Origin: Bacteroidales bacterium
GTDB lineage: Bacteria; Bacteroidota; Bacteroidia; Bacteroidales; GCA-2748055
Reading direction: 5' to 3'
DNA: 64,000 bases
Assembly (NCBI GenBank): GCA_016936975.1
Contig: JAFGWU010000014.1
Location: forward strand, 23,529 to 87,528
Of this stretch, positions 47,919 through 58,665 are shown one piece after another (the stretch's first letter is position 1; each line of letters begins with the position of its first letter). Under the pieces are notes generated by a model. It worked only from the letters and a program-made list of their open reading frames with translations, searched no databases and was not told the origin of the DNA. Position numbers and translations under genes: made by a program.

Positions 47919-48736
47919 AAGATTGCATTGAGATATACAAAGATAAAGAAAAGAACCGGGGATATAATCAACAGTGAGTCAAAACGGTCAAGTATTCCGC
48001 CGTGTCCCGGAAGGAGATTTCCTGAGTTTTTAACATGGTGGGCCCTTTTTATCCTCGATTCTAAAAGGTCACCGGCGAGTCCAATCCCTGCAATCAGAAG
48101 GGCGACAAGTATCCAGGTGCCCGGAGTGTATGTTTGTGTAATTTGGAACACCATCCAGCCACTGAACACTGTTAAAATAAGACTCCCGAAAAATCCTTCC
48201 CAGGTTTTCCCGGGAGAGAGGTTGGGCGTCATTTTATGTTTTCCGAAGAGGGTACCTGAAAGATAGGCAAACATATCATTGATCCAGGTCAGGGCAATAA
48301 TTATGAGCGGCAGTCTGAACCGGTAAGCACCAGGCTGTTCAATCCACCCGGTCAGAAAGAAAAATGTAAGGGGCAGGGCGATCCAGAAAAAGGAGAGCAA
48401 GGTAAAAGAGAGTAACGCATTCCGGTATTGTCTGCCGGTGGTAAGGTGAACCAGTAAAGCAGCCAGGAGCAGAAGTCCGGGTATTCCCAACCAGAAGGGA
48501 GTAATGAGGACGGTTTTATACAGGACAGTAAAAGCCATCAGGGAGGCTCCTGGGAGAATGGAAAGAATAAAGGCAATTCCGGGCCTGACCGAAAAAATAT
48601 GTCCCAATTCGATGGATCCCAGTATGATAATGATAAGCAGGAGCAATGACAGCCAAATGCCTCCGAGCAGTATGCACGCCATGACCAGGCTAACCAGGGT
48701 AATCCCTGTAATCGTACGAATCAGTAATTCTTTCAA
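47915..48736 (-). CDS. cdsA: Phosphatidate cytidylyltransferase
   Basis: SPGKTWEG, GDLLES..KR, PGHGGILDRFDS; multiple TM segments. Confidence 0.95.
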   Translation of the reverse strand: MKELLIRTITGITLVSLVMACILLGGIWLSLLLLIIIILGSIELGHIFSVRPGIAFILSILPGASLMAFTVLYKTVLITPFWLGIPGLLLLAALLVHLTTGRQYRNALLSFTLLSFFWIALPLTFFFLTGWIEQPGAYRFRLPLIIIALTWINDMFAYLSGTLFGKHKMTPNLSPGKTWEGFFGSLILTVFSGWMVFQITQTYTPGTWILVALLIAGIGLAGDLLESRIKRAHHVKNSGNLLPGHGGILDRFDSLLIISPVLFFIFVYLNAIL

Positions 48737-48939
48737 GCTTCTTCAAATTCCCGGATGAGCTTTTTGGCCCTCAATACATCATCCTGGTAAACGTAAATTT
48801 CAATATCACCGATTTTATAAGCTGAATCCTGCTTATTGACAATAAAGGAAAGGATGTCATAATGGGATAGCATCTGTCTGATGAGCTCTGCCAGGTAAGG
48901 TTTCCCCGTGCTGTAGATTCTTACAGGGTCGTTCGCCAT
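48733..48939 (-). CDS. DUF2007-like small protein
   Basis: 68 aa, NKQDSAY..G.IEIYV; sits between ftsH and cdsA. Confidence 0.7.
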   Translation of the reverse strand: MANDPVRIYSTGKPYLAELIRQMLSHYDILSFIVNKQDSAYKIGDIEIYVYQDDVLRAKKLIREFEEA

Positions 48940-51081
48940 TTAATCACTGATTTCTGCTCTTTTTTGGTCCGCTGAAACCTCTCCTTCAGCCTGTGGCTCA
49001 TCCGTTTTCTTCTTATTGATTTTCCTCTTATTTACTTTGTTTTCCCCGGTTGCTTGTTCATCCATGCTCTTTTTGTCCACTCTTTTTACTTCAGCTTTTC
49101 CCGGACGGATCTGCGATTCCTCGCTGGTGCTGTTCCAGGGTCTTTTGCCATAAATCTTTTCAAGGTCATCACTGAAGATAACCTCTTTTTCGAGCAGTAA
49201 TTCCGCGAGTTTTTTCAGCCCTTCCCTGTTTTTTCTCAAAATGTCCAGGGCTCTGTTATACTGCTCCTGAATGATTTTCTGGACCTCCTCATCAATCAGC
49301 TCTGCCGTTTTTTCACTGTAGGGTTTGGTAAAGGAGTACTCCTGCTGTCCGGTGGAATCATAAAAGCTCCTGTTCCCGATTTTTTCACTCATGCCGAAAT
49401 AGGTGATCATCGCATAGGCCTGTTTGGTGATCCGTTCAAGGTCGTTCAGGGCGCCGGTGGAAATTTTTCCGAAGGTTAACTGCTCCGAAGCCCTTCCTCC
49501 CAAAGTGGCACACATCTCATCCAGCATCTGTTCGGTCGTGGTGATCTGTCTCTCCTCCGGCAGGTACCAGGCTGCTCCCAGGGCACGTCCCCTGGGGATT
49601 ATGGTTACCTTAACCAGCGGATTGGCATGTTCAAGCAGCCAGCTGATGGTGGCATGCCCGGCTTCGTGGAAGGCAATGGTTCGTTTTTCATCGGTTTTAA
49701 TGACCTTGTTTTTCTTCTCCAGTCCTCCGATGATGCGGTCTACCGCATCAAGGAAGTCCTGTTTCTCAACCTCTTTCTTATCCTTACGAGCAGCGATAAG
49801 GGCCGCTTCATTACAGACATTGGCAATATCCGCACCGGAAAATCCCGGGGTCTGCTTGGACAGGAAGTCCACGTCGACGGATTTATCAATCTTGATGGGC
49901 TTGAGGTGAACCTTAAAGATTTCCTTGCGTTCATTCAGATCGGGAAGTTCAACGTGGATCTGGCGGTCGAACCTTCCGGCCCTGAGCAGTGCTTTGTCCA
50001 GCACATCCGCACGGTTAGTAGCAGCGAGAATGATGACCCCGCTGTTGGTGCTGAAACCATCCATTTCGGTCAGCAGCTGATTCAATGTATTTTCCCGTTC
50101 GTCATTTGCCCCGAAATTTGGATTCCGGCCACGGGCCCTCCCTACAGCATCGATTTCATCGATAAATACAATACAGGGGGCTTTCTCCTTGGCCTGTTTG
50201 AAAAGGTCGCGCACCCGCGAAGCTCCTACACCCACGAACATCTCCACAAAGTCGGAACCCGACATGGAGAAGAAAGGTACATGGGCCTCTCCCGCCACGG
50301 CTTTAGCCAGCAGGGTTTTTCCCGTTCCGGGAGGGCCCACCAGAAGGGCGCCTTTGGGAATCTTGCCTCCAAGGTCGGTATATTTCTTTGGATTCTTGAG
50401 AAATTCCACGATCTCCCTGATCTCCATCTTGGCTTCCTCGAGCCCTGCAACATCACTGAAGTCAACCTTAACATTGGTATCCTTATCAAAAATCTGGGCC
50501 TTTGATTTTCCCACGCTGAATATATTACTGCCCCCGCCTCCGGCTCCTCCTCCCATGCGGCGGAGCATATATATCCAGATTCCGAGGATGATCAGAAAAG
50601 GAAGGATCCAGAGAAGCAGATCCCCGAAAATATTCTTCCGGGTGACCGTGGTGTAGGTTGGCCGGATTTCGGGCGGCAGCTTGTCCATGGTCTGATTAAG
50701 TTCCTGCACAAATACATCCTGCGAGATAATGGTAAAAAAATACTGAGGCACACTCTGCCCGAAAATGGTGCTGGGTTTTTCCGACTTAACATCCTCGTAA
50801 ATCGGATCGGAAAGCTTTTCCGGCTTGATATAGATTTCAACCTGCTCTTTATTGACAATGACAATTTCTTTAATATCCCCTCTCTGGAGCATTTGAAAAA
50901 ACCGGTTTGAATCAATCTCCGTCGGGTTTCCGGTTGAACCGAGAAATTGCATCCCGATCAAAACCAGAAGAATCAGTCCGATGATCCAGTATGAATTGAA
51001 TCTGGGTTTATTGTTGCCGGGTTTGTTCCCGCCTGGATAGGGTCCAGGTCTGTTTCCCGGTATTTTTTTCCTGTCGTTCAT
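48940..51081 (-). CDS. ftsH: ATP-dependent zinc metalloprotease FtsH
   Basis: Two TM helices, [17 protein letters not shown] motif, HEAGH. Confidence 0.98.
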   Translation of the reverse strand: MNDRKKIPGNRPGPYPGGNKPGNNKPRFNSYWIIGLILLVLIGMQFLGSTGNPTEIDSNRFFQMLQRGDIKEIVIVNKEQVEIYIKPEKLSDPIYEDVKSEKPSTIFGQSVPQYFFTIISQDVFVQELNQTMDKLPPEIRPTYTTVTRKNIFGDLLLWILPFLIILGIWIYMLRRMGGGAGGGGSNIFSVGKSKAQIFDKDTNVKVDFSDVAGLEEAKMEIREIVEFLKNPKKYTDLGGKIPKGALLVGPPGTGKTLLAKAVAGEAHVPFFSMSGSDFVEMFVGVGASRVRDLFKQAKEKAPCIVFIDEIDAVGRARGRNPNFGANDERENTLNQLLTEMDGFSTNSGVIILAATNRADVLDKALLRAGRFDRQIHVELPDLNERKEIFKVHLKPIKIDKSVDVDFLSKQTPGFSGADIANVCNEAALIAARKDKKEVEKQDFLDAVDRIIGGLEKKNKVIKTDEKRTIAFHEAGHATISWLLEHANPLVKVTIIPRGRALGAAWYLPEERQITTTEQMLDEMCATLGGRASEQLTFGKISTGALNDLERITKQAYAMITYFGMSEKIGNRSFYDSTGQQEYSFTKPYSEKTAELIDEEVQKIIQEQYNRALDILRKNREGLKKLAELLLEKEVIFSDDLEKIYGKRPWNSTSEESQIRPGKAEVKRVDKKSMDEQATGENKVNKRKINKKKTDEPQAEGEVSADQKRAEISD

Positions 51082-51091
51082 GATAATTTAA

Positions 51092-51466
51092 TTACATTTC
51101 ATCTGCAATCTGCTCAATTTTTCCGTCAGCCCAGAGCTCTTCAAGATTATAGAATCTTCGCTGATTTTCTAAAAATATATGAACCAGAATGGCATTATAG
51201 TCCATCAGTACCCACTGACAGTTTGTAAGACCTTCCACATGGTGTGCACGTATATTCCCGTTCTCCTTCAGTTTTTTCTCAACGGAATCGGTTAACGCAT
51301 TCACCTGTGTGGTTGAGTCGCCGTGGCATATAATAAAATGGTCACAAATGGAATTCTCTATCTTTCTTAAATCAATAGTCAGAATTTGTTTTCCCTTTTT
51401 TTCCTTCAATGCCTCTATGATCCGTTCAATCTGCTCTTCCGTGCTCAGCGGTTCGGTTTCTGTCAT
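51092..51466 (-). CDS. rsfS: Ribosome silencing factor
   Basis: EKKG..I..IDL, WVLMDY, VHIF, RRFYNLEELW. Start set at MTETE. Confidence 0.93.
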   Translation of the reverse strand: MTETEPLSTEEQIERIIEALKEKKGKQILTIDLRKIENSICDHFIICHGDSTTQVNALTDSVEKKLKENGNIRAHHVEGLTNCQWVLMDYNAILVHIFLENQRRFYNLEELWADGKIEQIADEM

Positions 51467-51481
51467 CCCGTATTTTATTGA

Positions 51482-51489
51482 CAAAGGTA
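51482..51489 (-). promoter_or_regulatory. Bacteroidota -7 box TACCTTTG for the rsfS-ftsH-cdsA-psd operon
   Basis: Reverse complement of caaaggta matches TAnnTTTG, 15 nt upstream of the proposed ATG. Confidence 0.65.
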
Positions 51490-51605
51490 ACGATTTTTAG
51501 TCATTTCAATTTTGTAAATTGCCAAACAAACTGCTTTCTGAATGACATAACATTGAGAATCTGTATTTGTTTCGACTGTCACTCGGGAAAATCAAAAATT
51601 GTACC

Positions 51606-52340
51606 ATGGATTATAATTTGATTTATAGAAGGGAGGTCACTTCCACTAACAGTGAGCTTCTGAAGTTGGTGAAAGAGAATCCGGGGGTGGGGGAAACAGT
51701 TCTGGCAGCAGAATATCAGACAGATGGTCGCGGTCAGGGAAGTCATGGATGGGATAGCGGCCGGGGAGAAAATATCCTGTTCAGCTGGCTGGTTTATCCT
51801 GAATTTTTGTCAGCATCTGAACAATTCCGTATCTCAAAAGCAGTATCTTTGGCACTTTGCGATTACCTTTCCAATTATATCGGCAACCTTTCTGTCAAGT
51901 GGCCCAACGATATTCTGGCAGGAAGCAGGAAAATTGCCGGTATCCTGATTGAGAACAGCATCATGCAGCAGACCATCCAGTATTCTGTCATCGGTGTTGG
52001 ACTCAACCTTAGGCAGGAGTTTTTCCCGGAATACCCTCTGACTGCCACTTCCCTCTTTCTCGAGACAGGGCGCAAACTGAATGTGGAACGGCAGACCAGA
52101 CGAGTGCTCAGATTTCTTTATAACAGGTATGAACAACTCCGTGATGGCAAGGATGAACGGATAGACCGGGATTATATTGAAAAACTCTTCAGGTATGGTC
52201 AACCGTCACTTTTCGAGGCCGGTAACCGGCAGTTCGAAGGCACCATTGTGGGAGTAAATGCTTATGGTCAGCTGGAGGTTTCTGTCTCAGGGATCATCAG
52301 AAGCTTTGATTTTCGCGAGATTAATCTGCTTCTGAGCTGA
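51606..52340 (+). CDS. birA: Biotin--[acetyl-CoA-carboxylase] ligase (no HTH domain)
   Basis: STN, QTDGRGQ, KWPND, KIAGILIE, GVGLN. Confidence 0.94.
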   Translation: MDYNLIYRREVTSTNSELLKLVKENPGVGETVLAAEYQTDGRGQGSHGWDSGRGENILFSWLVYPEFLSASEQFRISKAVSLALCDYLSNYIGNLSVKWPNDILAGSRKIAGILIENSIMQQTIQYSVIGVGLNLRQEFFPEYPLTATSLFLETGRKLNVERQTRRVLRFLYNRYEQLRDGKDERIDRDYIEKLFRYGQPSLFEAGNRQFEGTIVGVNAYGQLEVSVSGIIRSFDFREINLLLS

Positions 52341-52737
52341 AATTAAATTGTTCAATTCCATCGATCAGCCTGTCGGCAAATTGCTTCAATGGGGCTTTGA
52401 CAAAAGGGAGCAACATGGCATTGATTAGTGGCTGAATGGTTATCTTAATCCGGGTGTCATCGGCTTCGGTTTTAAGAAGCTGGACCCAGATTGTGAAGTC
52501 ATATTTGGATTCATCAATGCTCGAAATCTTAACCAGTTTGAAGGGTTCCTTTTCGGCCAGTTTAAATCCTGTTTTTCCCACGGGATCAATCCTGAAGGAG
52601 CACTGTTCCGTGCTTGAAACCCACTCGCTGACCTGATCCTCAGGGATCAGGTTCCTGAAATTGTTGAAATCGGTAATAAATTTGTAGATGTCCCTGTCGG
52701 AATAACGGGATTTCCCGATCTTGCTCTCAATTTTCAT
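52321..52737 (-). CDS. SRPBCC-family protein
   Basis: IYKFITDFNNFRNLIP; C-terminal helix PLKQFADRL; directly downstream of pyrE. Confidence 0.7.
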   Translation of the reverse strand: MKIESKIGKSRYSDRDIYKFITDFNNFRNLIPEDQVSEWVSSTEQCSFRIDPVGKTGFKLAEKEPFKLVKISSIDESKYDFTIWVQLLKTEADDTRIKITIQPLINAMLLPFVKAPLKQFADRLIDGIEQFNFSSEAD

Positions 52738-53392
52738 CTGTATCTTTTTTGTGTGACTGCTGATGACCCCAGTTCCCGGGATCCCTTCTCCATTCACTTA
52801 GCATCTGCACTTCCTCCCCGGTAATGTAACCGGTTTCGGTTGCTGTTTTTAGCAGTTCGTGATAGTTGCTGAGGGTTACAAGTTTCACGCCTGCTTTCCG
52901 GAAATTTTCTTCCGCGATGGCAAATCCATAGGTGAAGACAGCTACCATTCCAAGCACGTTGCAGCCGGCTTCATGGAGCGCTGCCGCTGCTTTGAGAGAA
53001 CTGCCACCGGTCGACACCAGATCCTCTATGATAATAACATCCCTGGCTTCCCCTATCATGCCCTCAATTTGATTCCGCCTGCCATGGTCCTTGGGGTCCG
53101 ACCTGACATATACAAATGGAAGATTGAGCTGGTCCGCAACAAGGACTCCCTGTGCGATGGCCCCCGTGGCAACGCCTGCAACAAGTCCGGCAGAAGGAAA
53201 TTCGGTCCGCACGATTTCCACGAACAGGTCCCTGATTCTCGTCCTGATATCAGGGAATGAAAGGGTGATCCGGTTATCGCAATAAATGGGAGAGAGCCAC
53301 CCCGAAGCCCATTTAAAGGGGTTTGCAGGTTCGAGTTTTATTGCTTTACTTTGTAGCAGTAATTTTGCTATTTCGCTCTTGCTGTTTATCAT
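52727..53392 (-). CDS. pyrE: Orotate phosphoribosyltransferase
   Basis: WASGWLSPIYCDNR, YVR..PKDHG, IIEDLVSTGGS. Confidence 0.96.
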   Translation of the reverse strand: MINSKSEIAKLLLQSKAIKLEPANPFKWASGWLSPIYCDNRITLSFPDIRTRIRDLFVEIVRTEFPSAGLVAGVATGAIAQGVLVADQLNLPFVYVRSDPKDHGRRNQIEGMIGEARDVIIIEDLVSTGGSSLKAAAALHEAGCNVLGMVAVFTYGFAIAEENFRKAGVKLVTLSNYHELLKTATETGYITGEEVQMLSEWRRDPGNWGHQQSHKKDTDEN

Positions 53393-53399
53393 GTAACAA

Positions 53400-54014
53400 A
53401 TGTATAAAGTTTTTTTCAAGGACAGAACGGTTTACTTCGGCGATGATTTTTCAAAGGCATTTGTTAGGAATAAAGGTCTGTTCTATAAATTCAATAACCT
53501 CCATGAACTGAAAGAGCTGGTAGATGTGTTTTTTGCGCTGACACGGATTCAGAATCTTTATATCTTCCACGATGATATCCTTTCCCTGGTTGAGGAGTTC
53601 AAAGCCTGTTTTGATTGCATTGAGGCAGGAGGAGGTGTGGTAATCAATAAAAAAGGGGAGTTTCTCATTATGATGCGCGACGGGATATGGGATCTGCCAA
53701 AGGGAAAACTTGAGAAGGGAGAAAACTTTGAAACAGCGGCCCTGCGTGAGGTGGAAGAAGAAGTCGGATTGTCGGGACTGAAAGTTGTCCGGCAGATCGT
53801 CTCCACATACCATACCTACCATCTTTCGGAGGATCGGGTGCTTAAGAAGACCAAGTGGTTTGAAATGCGTTATGATGGTGATGAGCATCCGGAGCCCCAG
53901 CTTTCGGAGAAAATAACCGAAATTCGATGGGTGAAACCCGGGGAAACAGATTTCATCAGAAAAAACACCTATTCAAGCGTGCTTGATGTCCTTTTTGTAA
54001 GGGATCTCCTTTAA
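53400..54014 (+). CDS. NUDIX hydrolase
   Basis: WDLPKGKLEKGE...AALREVEEEVG Nudix box. Confidence 0.92.
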   Translation: MYKVFFKDRTVYFGDDFSKAFVRNKGLFYKFNNLHELKELVDVFFALTRIQNLYIFHDDILSLVEEFKACFDCIEAGGGVVINKKGEFLIMMRDGIWDLPKGKLEKGENFETAALREVEEEVGLSGLKVVRQIVSTYHTYHLSEDRVLKKTKWFEMRYDGDEHPEPQLSEKITEIRWVKPGETDFIRKNTYSSVLDVLFVRDLL

Positions 54015-55454
54015 TCAGATATCCCCGCGGGAGCGCATAATCCTGAATAATTGTTCCTGAAATCCTTCCGAGGGAAGCGTGGCCGGGGATTGAATCAGTA
54101 GGCCGTCGGGTCCGATCAGGAATGCGGAAGGAATAGTCCGGATATTATATTTTTCAAGAAGAGAAGGCTGGTCTTTATAATAGAGTGCAACCCATTCATA
54201 CCGGTTCCGGTTCATAAAATCCTTCAAGGTATCCATATTGTCTGTAATCATTATCGTGACCACTTCAAGAAAATCATGAAATTTATCGCGGTAGGATTTC
54301 AGGAAAGGGTATTCCATCATACAGGCATAGTGATCGGGCGTACAGAAAATGAGGTAGACATATCGGCCCCTGAAATCGTCCACTGTTTTGAAATGGTTGG
54401 TCTGATCACGGAGCAGGAAACCGGGAGGCCGGTTGCCAATCATTAATCCGGAGAAGCGTCTGTGCATTTCCTGTGCCATTTGACGGTAATCTTCAAGAGA
54501 GGCATCCTGTGATAAAGAATCCAGCAGGATCAGCAAAGCATCCCTGATAAAATAATCCCCGTAATACTGTGAAGCGATCTCTTTAAGGATAACCAGGTCG
54601 GCAAGGGTATCAGAGGAAATGGCCGGATGTCTCTTCAGTTCCTGCCTCACCATCCCGAGGCTGTGTTTCCGGTTGACTGCGGCAAGAATCTGTTCTCCGG
54701 TGTCTGTCTTCGAGTAATAATAAAAAAAATCGTCAAAAACAGCGTTAAACAGGTCCATATAGGCAGGTTCGCGAAACCGGGGAACGGAATCGTGCAGGTA
54801 ATTGTGCACCAAACCGGTCAGGTCGGTTTTCCCCTCATTTATTTTCAGAATCCCGTAACGGTATCTCCGGTAACGATCGAACAGCGGAACAGTGTTTCCG
54901 GAATAGTTCTTTTCGAGCTCCTCAATGAGGGGATCTGCCTGGACGATTTCATGGCTCTGACCTTTGTCAAGCAGGGAATGGTTCATTTTAACAAAGGTGG
55001 TATCGAAAGCCGCAATCAACCGGTTGAGTTCGGCGGTGTCCGGCAGGAGTTCCCGGCTTTCAATTGTTCTGCAGGACAAGACATTCAGATGGACCCTGAC
55101 CGGCTCATAAAAAGGCCCCATTCTTTTATGAAGGGCCTTTTCCGTGCGGGGAGGGAGTTTTACGTCATATTCATAACCCGGGACAGCATAAAGAAAGGCC
55201 TCGAAGATTCCGGCTCCGAGATAGAGTACAGATTGCTCCTTAATCGGAATGTGTTCATAGAAAGAACCGTCATCCAGTATCCTGATGGAATCGAAAGCCA
55301 CCCTGACACGGGAGAATGGATTTTCAATGCGGTACACAGGAATTTTCTGTCCTGCATGATCCTCCGAGGTGCCTGCAATGATACATTCCTGTGACACTGC
55401 ATGACCGGGTCCCAGGAGGCTCAACAGGCAAACAGTTCGGAGAATGGTTCGCAT
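54015..55454 (-). CDS. Exported protein with C-terminal TlpA/redoxin (thioredoxin-like) domain
   Basis: Signal peptide; P.F.L.D...FRGRYVYL, YNIRTIP.AFLIGPDG; non-canonical Cys motif CTPDHYAC. Confidence 0.75.
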   Translation of the reverse strand: MRTILRTVCLLSLLGPGHAVSQECIIAGTSEDHAGQKIPVYRIENPFSRVRVAFDSIRILDDGSFYEHIPIKEQSVLYLGAGIFEAFLYAVPGYEYDVKLPPRTEKALHKRMGPFYEPVRVHLNVLSCRTIESRELLPDTAELNRLIAAFDTTFVKMNHSLLDKGQSHEIVQADPLIEELEKNYSGNTVPLFDRYRRYRYGILKINEGKTDLTGLVHNYLHDSVPRFREPAYMDLFNAVFDDFFYYYSKTDTGEQILAAVNRKHSLGMVRQELKRHPAISSDTLADLVILKEIASQYYGDYFIRDALLILLDSLSQDASLEDYRQMAQEMHRRFSGLMIGNRPPGFLLRDQTNHFKTVDDFRGRYVYLIFCTPDHYACMMEYPFLKSYRDKFHDFLEVVTIMITDNMDTLKDFMNRNRYEWVALYYKDQPSLLEKYNIRTIPSAFLIGPDGLLIQSPATLPSEGFQEQLFRIMRSRGDI

Positions 55455-55455
55455 A

Positions 55456-55926
55456 TCAGAGGTAATTTCTGATATCAATCCCCTTTGGAAGAAACTGGGA
55501 GGCATCGCCTCCATTTCGTATAATATCTCTTATAAGTGTGGAGTTAATGGGCGTGTGCTCCGGACTGGTCAGCAAAAAGATCGATTCGACTTCCGGCAGC
55601 ATCAGCTTGTTGATCTGAGCGACGGCACGTTCATATTCGAAATCGGCTGCGGTTCGAATGCCCCTGAGCATATGGGTTGCCTTAACCCTGCGGCAATAGT
55701 CAACGGTCAACCCTTCAAAATAATCTGCAAAAATCATGTTATGTCCTTCAAAAATATCCCTGATCATGCGAACACGGGACTCAATCTTCAGGAGGGGCTG
55801 CTTCCCGGAATGTACGCCAACGGCCACAATGATTTTATCAAAAAGGTCAACCGACCGGTGCACGACGGATTCATGTCCCAGGGTAAACGGATCAAATGAT
55901 CCCGCAAAGACGGCAATTTTTTCCAT
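55456..55926 (-). CDS. coaD: Pantetheine-phosphate adenylyltransferase
   Basis: GSFDPFTLGH, RGIR, DFEYE, INSTLIR. Confidence 0.96.
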   Translation of the reverse strand: MEKIAVFAGSFDPFTLGHESVVHRSVDLFDKIIVAVGVHSGKQPLLKIESRVRMIRDIFEGHNMIFADYFEGLTVDYCRRVKATHMLRGIRTAADFEYERAVAQINKLMLPEVESIFLLTSPEHTPINSTLIRDIIRNGGDASQFLPKGIDIRNYL

Positions 55927-55981
55927 GATCTCTGTTTTATGAAGTGAACGCCTTAAAATTTCAATCTCTGTGTCTGACCTT

Positions 55982-58429
55982 TTAACTAAAGCTGATAGGA
56001 TTTTCCACCTTATCCTTCAGGAGGGCAAATTTTAAAAGTTCTCCTGCATGATCCATATATTTGAACACGAGATTTTTTTTGTAGATCGCATTAATTTCTT
56101 CCACATCCTTCAGATTCTCGCTTGAGATTGCGATTTGTGTAATCCCTGCCCTTTTGGCAGCAAGGATTTTCTCTTTTATCCCACCCACGGGCAATATTTT
56201 CCCGCGCAGGGTAATTTCTCCCGTCATGGCCAGGTTATTTCTTACTTTACGCTGTGTGAACGCCGATGCAATTGAAGCGAGCATGGTGATGCCGGCAGAG
56301 GGTCCGTCTTTGGGAATGGCCCCTTCGGGGACATGGATATGGACATTCCATTTCTGAAAGATGGAGGGATCCAGGTCAAGGGTCGAAGAGTGTGACTTCA
56401 GGTACTCAAGCGCGATTACGGCAGACTCTTTCATCACATCCCCGAGGTTCCCCGTAAGGGTCAACTTGCCTTCCCCCTTGCTGAGGGATGTTTCCACGAA
56501 CAGTATTTCTCCTCCGGTTGCAGTCCATGCTAAACCGGTTACCACCCCCGCAAAATTGTTACCCAGGTACTTTTCCTTGAGAAATCGCGGCGGACCAAGT
56601 ATCTGTTTCACATTTCCCAGGGTAAGGGGGCGGGGGAAAGGCTCTTCAAAAGCAATGTATTTTGCGATCGAACGGAATATCTTGCTGATCTGTTTTTCGA
56701 GCTGGCGCACTCCCGATTCCCTGGTATAACTGTCGATAATATTTTCCAGAACCTTTTTGGACAGGGATACCTGACCTTTGGACAAACCATGGTTCGCCAG
56801 TTGTTTTGGAATGAGGTGCCTTCTGGCGATTTCGACTTTTTCTTCCACGATATATCCCGAAACCTCTATGATTTCCATCCTGTCCAGCAGGGCAGGATGA
56901 ATACCGGAGGTGGTATTGGCAGTTGCAATGAACATCACCCGCGACAGGTCATAATCCACTTCAAGAAAATTGTCGTGGAAATTGGAGTTCTGCTCGGGAT
57001 CCAGCACCTCGAGAAGGGCAGAGGCCGGATCGCCATGCACATCCCTTCCAACCTTATCAATTTCATCAAGCACAAACACCGGGTTCGAATATTTTGCTTT
57101 TTTAAGGTTCTGGATGATTCTTCCCGGCATCGCACCGATATATGTTTTACGGTGGCCCCTGATTTCTGCCTCATCATGCAGACCACCCAGTGACATTCTG
57201 ACATACTTGCGGTCGAGTGCGTCGGCAATGGATTTTCCAAGCGAGGTTTTTCCGACTCCCGGAGGTCCCACTAGGCAAAGGATCGGAGATTTCATATCCC
57301 CTTTGAGCTTAAGAACTGCCAGATGTTCCAGGATACGTTCCTTCACCTTCTCCAGTCCGAAATGATCCTTCTCAAGAATTCTGCCGGCTCGTTTAAGGTT
57401 GAAATTATCCCTTGTGTATTCATTCCAGGGAAGTTCGAGGAGGGTCTGAATATAATTCACCTGAACAGAATACTCCCCTGACGCCGGATTGAGACGCTGC
57501 AGCTTATCAAGTTCCTTGTTAAAGGTATCCTTAATCTCTTTGCCCCATTTTTTTCTGGAGGCCCGTTTCCTGAATTCATTTATTTCCTGTTCCTGAGGGG
57601 ACCCCCCCAGCTCGTCCTGTATGGTCTTCATCTGCTGATGAAGGAGGAATTCGCGCTGCTGCTGGTCAAGGTCGGTCTTGACCTTGCTCTGAATGTCGTT
57701 CTTCAGCTCAAGCATCTGAACCTCCTCGGAAAGATGCCCCAGCAGATTCATCCCCCTTCTGGCAATGCTGTTAATTTCCAGGAGTTCCTGTTTCTGCTTC
57801 AGGTTCAGTTCGCTGTTTGAAGCCAGGAAATTGATGAGGAACGAAGGACTTTCAATATTCTTTACGGCAAAAGAGGCTTCATTTGGAATACTGGATGATA
57901 GTTTTATGATTTTTATTGCCAGTTCCTTGAGTGCTGCAGCCACCGCTTTTGCCTCCTCAGCCGGTTCATCAACAGATTCCTCAAGGGGTATGATGCGTGC
58001 AACATGGTAGGGTTTCGTGGTCAGAAAACTCTCCATTTCGAAACGTTTCCGACCCTGAATGATCACCGATGTGGAACCATCAGGCATTTCAAGTATTTTC
58101 AATATCTGGGCAACGGTCCCAATCCGGTAAAGATCCGTGTAAGCGGGATCTTCCACGGATGCATCCTTCTGTGCTATGGCACCGAGGATTTTATTTTTCC
58201 GGTTAACCTCCTGAATGAGCCTCAACGATTTATCCCTGCCAACAGTGATGGGGATGACCACACCCGGGAATAAAACGGTATTGCGAAGAGGAAGGATGGG
58301 TAAAACATCGGGGATGTTCATTCTTTTCAGATCCTCTTCCTCTTCTTCAGAAAGTAATGGAATATATTCGGTTTCCTCGTCAGAAGGAACCACCAGATTC
58401 TTCAGGCTTATCTCAAATGTACTGTTCAT
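55982..58429 (-). CDS. lon: Endopeptidase La (Lon protease)
   Basis: LPLRNTVLFPG, GPPGVGKTS, HRKTYIGAMPG, PKDGPSAG, GGIKEK. Confidence 0.98.
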   Translation of the reverse strand: MNSTFEISLKNLVVPSDEETEYIPLLSEEEEEDLKRMNIPDVLPILPLRNTVLFPGVVIPITVGRDKSLRLIQEVNRKNKILGAIAQKDASVEDPAYTDLYRIGTVAQILKILEMPDGSTSVIIQGRKRFEMESFLTTKPYHVARIIPLEESVDEPAEEAKAVAAALKELAIKIIKLSSSIPNEASFAVKNIESPSFLINFLASNSELNLKQKQELLEINSIARRGMNLLGHLSEEVQMLELKNDIQSKVKTDLDQQQREFLLHQQMKTIQDELGGSPQEQEINEFRKRASRKKWGKEIKDTFNKELDKLQRLNPASGEYSVQVNYIQTLLELPWNEYTRDNFNLKRAGRILEKDHFGLEKVKERILEHLAVLKLKGDMKSPILCLVGPPGVGKTSLGKSIADALDRKYVRMSLGGLHDEAEIRGHRKTYIGAMPGRIIQNLKKAKYSNPVFVLDEIDKVGRDVHGDPASALLEVLDPEQNSNFHDNFLEVDYDLSRVMFIATANTTSGIHPALLDRMEIIEVSGYIVEEKVEIARRHLIPKQLANHGLSKGQVSLSKKVLENIIDSYTRESGVRQLEKQISKIFRSIAKYIAFEEPFPRPLTLGNVKQILGPPRFLKEKYLGNNFAGVVTGLAWTATGGEILFVETSLSKGEGKLTLTGNLGDVMKESAVIALEYLKSHSSTLDLDPSIFQKWNVHIHVPEGAIPKDGPSAGITMLASIASAFTQRKVRNNLAMTGEITLRGKILPVGGIKEKILAAKRAGITQIAISSENLKDVEEINAIYKKNLVFKYMDHAGELLKFALLKDKVENPISFS

Positions 58430-58620
58430 ACACGTCAATCCTTACTTAAATACAGATAACAGTCAAACTGTCATTTACGAACCGGTTCATTCCGGATTAT
58501 TCAGTTTCGCAATAAATATGCCAAGATCTTAACAAACCAACAGGCCCCCGTGTTCAGATCCGATTTGATGAAACATCACTTTTATTCTTCTGTTGTTTTT
58601 CATTTAACAAAGCTAATACA

Positions 58621-58643
58621 TATATTTGTTTACATTGTAAAAA
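58621..58643 (+). promoter_or_regulatory. -7 box TATATTTG of rex, overlapped by an AT-rich dyad (possible Rex operator)
   Basis: TAnnTTTG match at 58621-58628, followed by TTTACA-T-TGTAAA. Confidence 0.5.
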
Positions 58644-58665
58644 GCTTCTTTATAATAATTATCAG

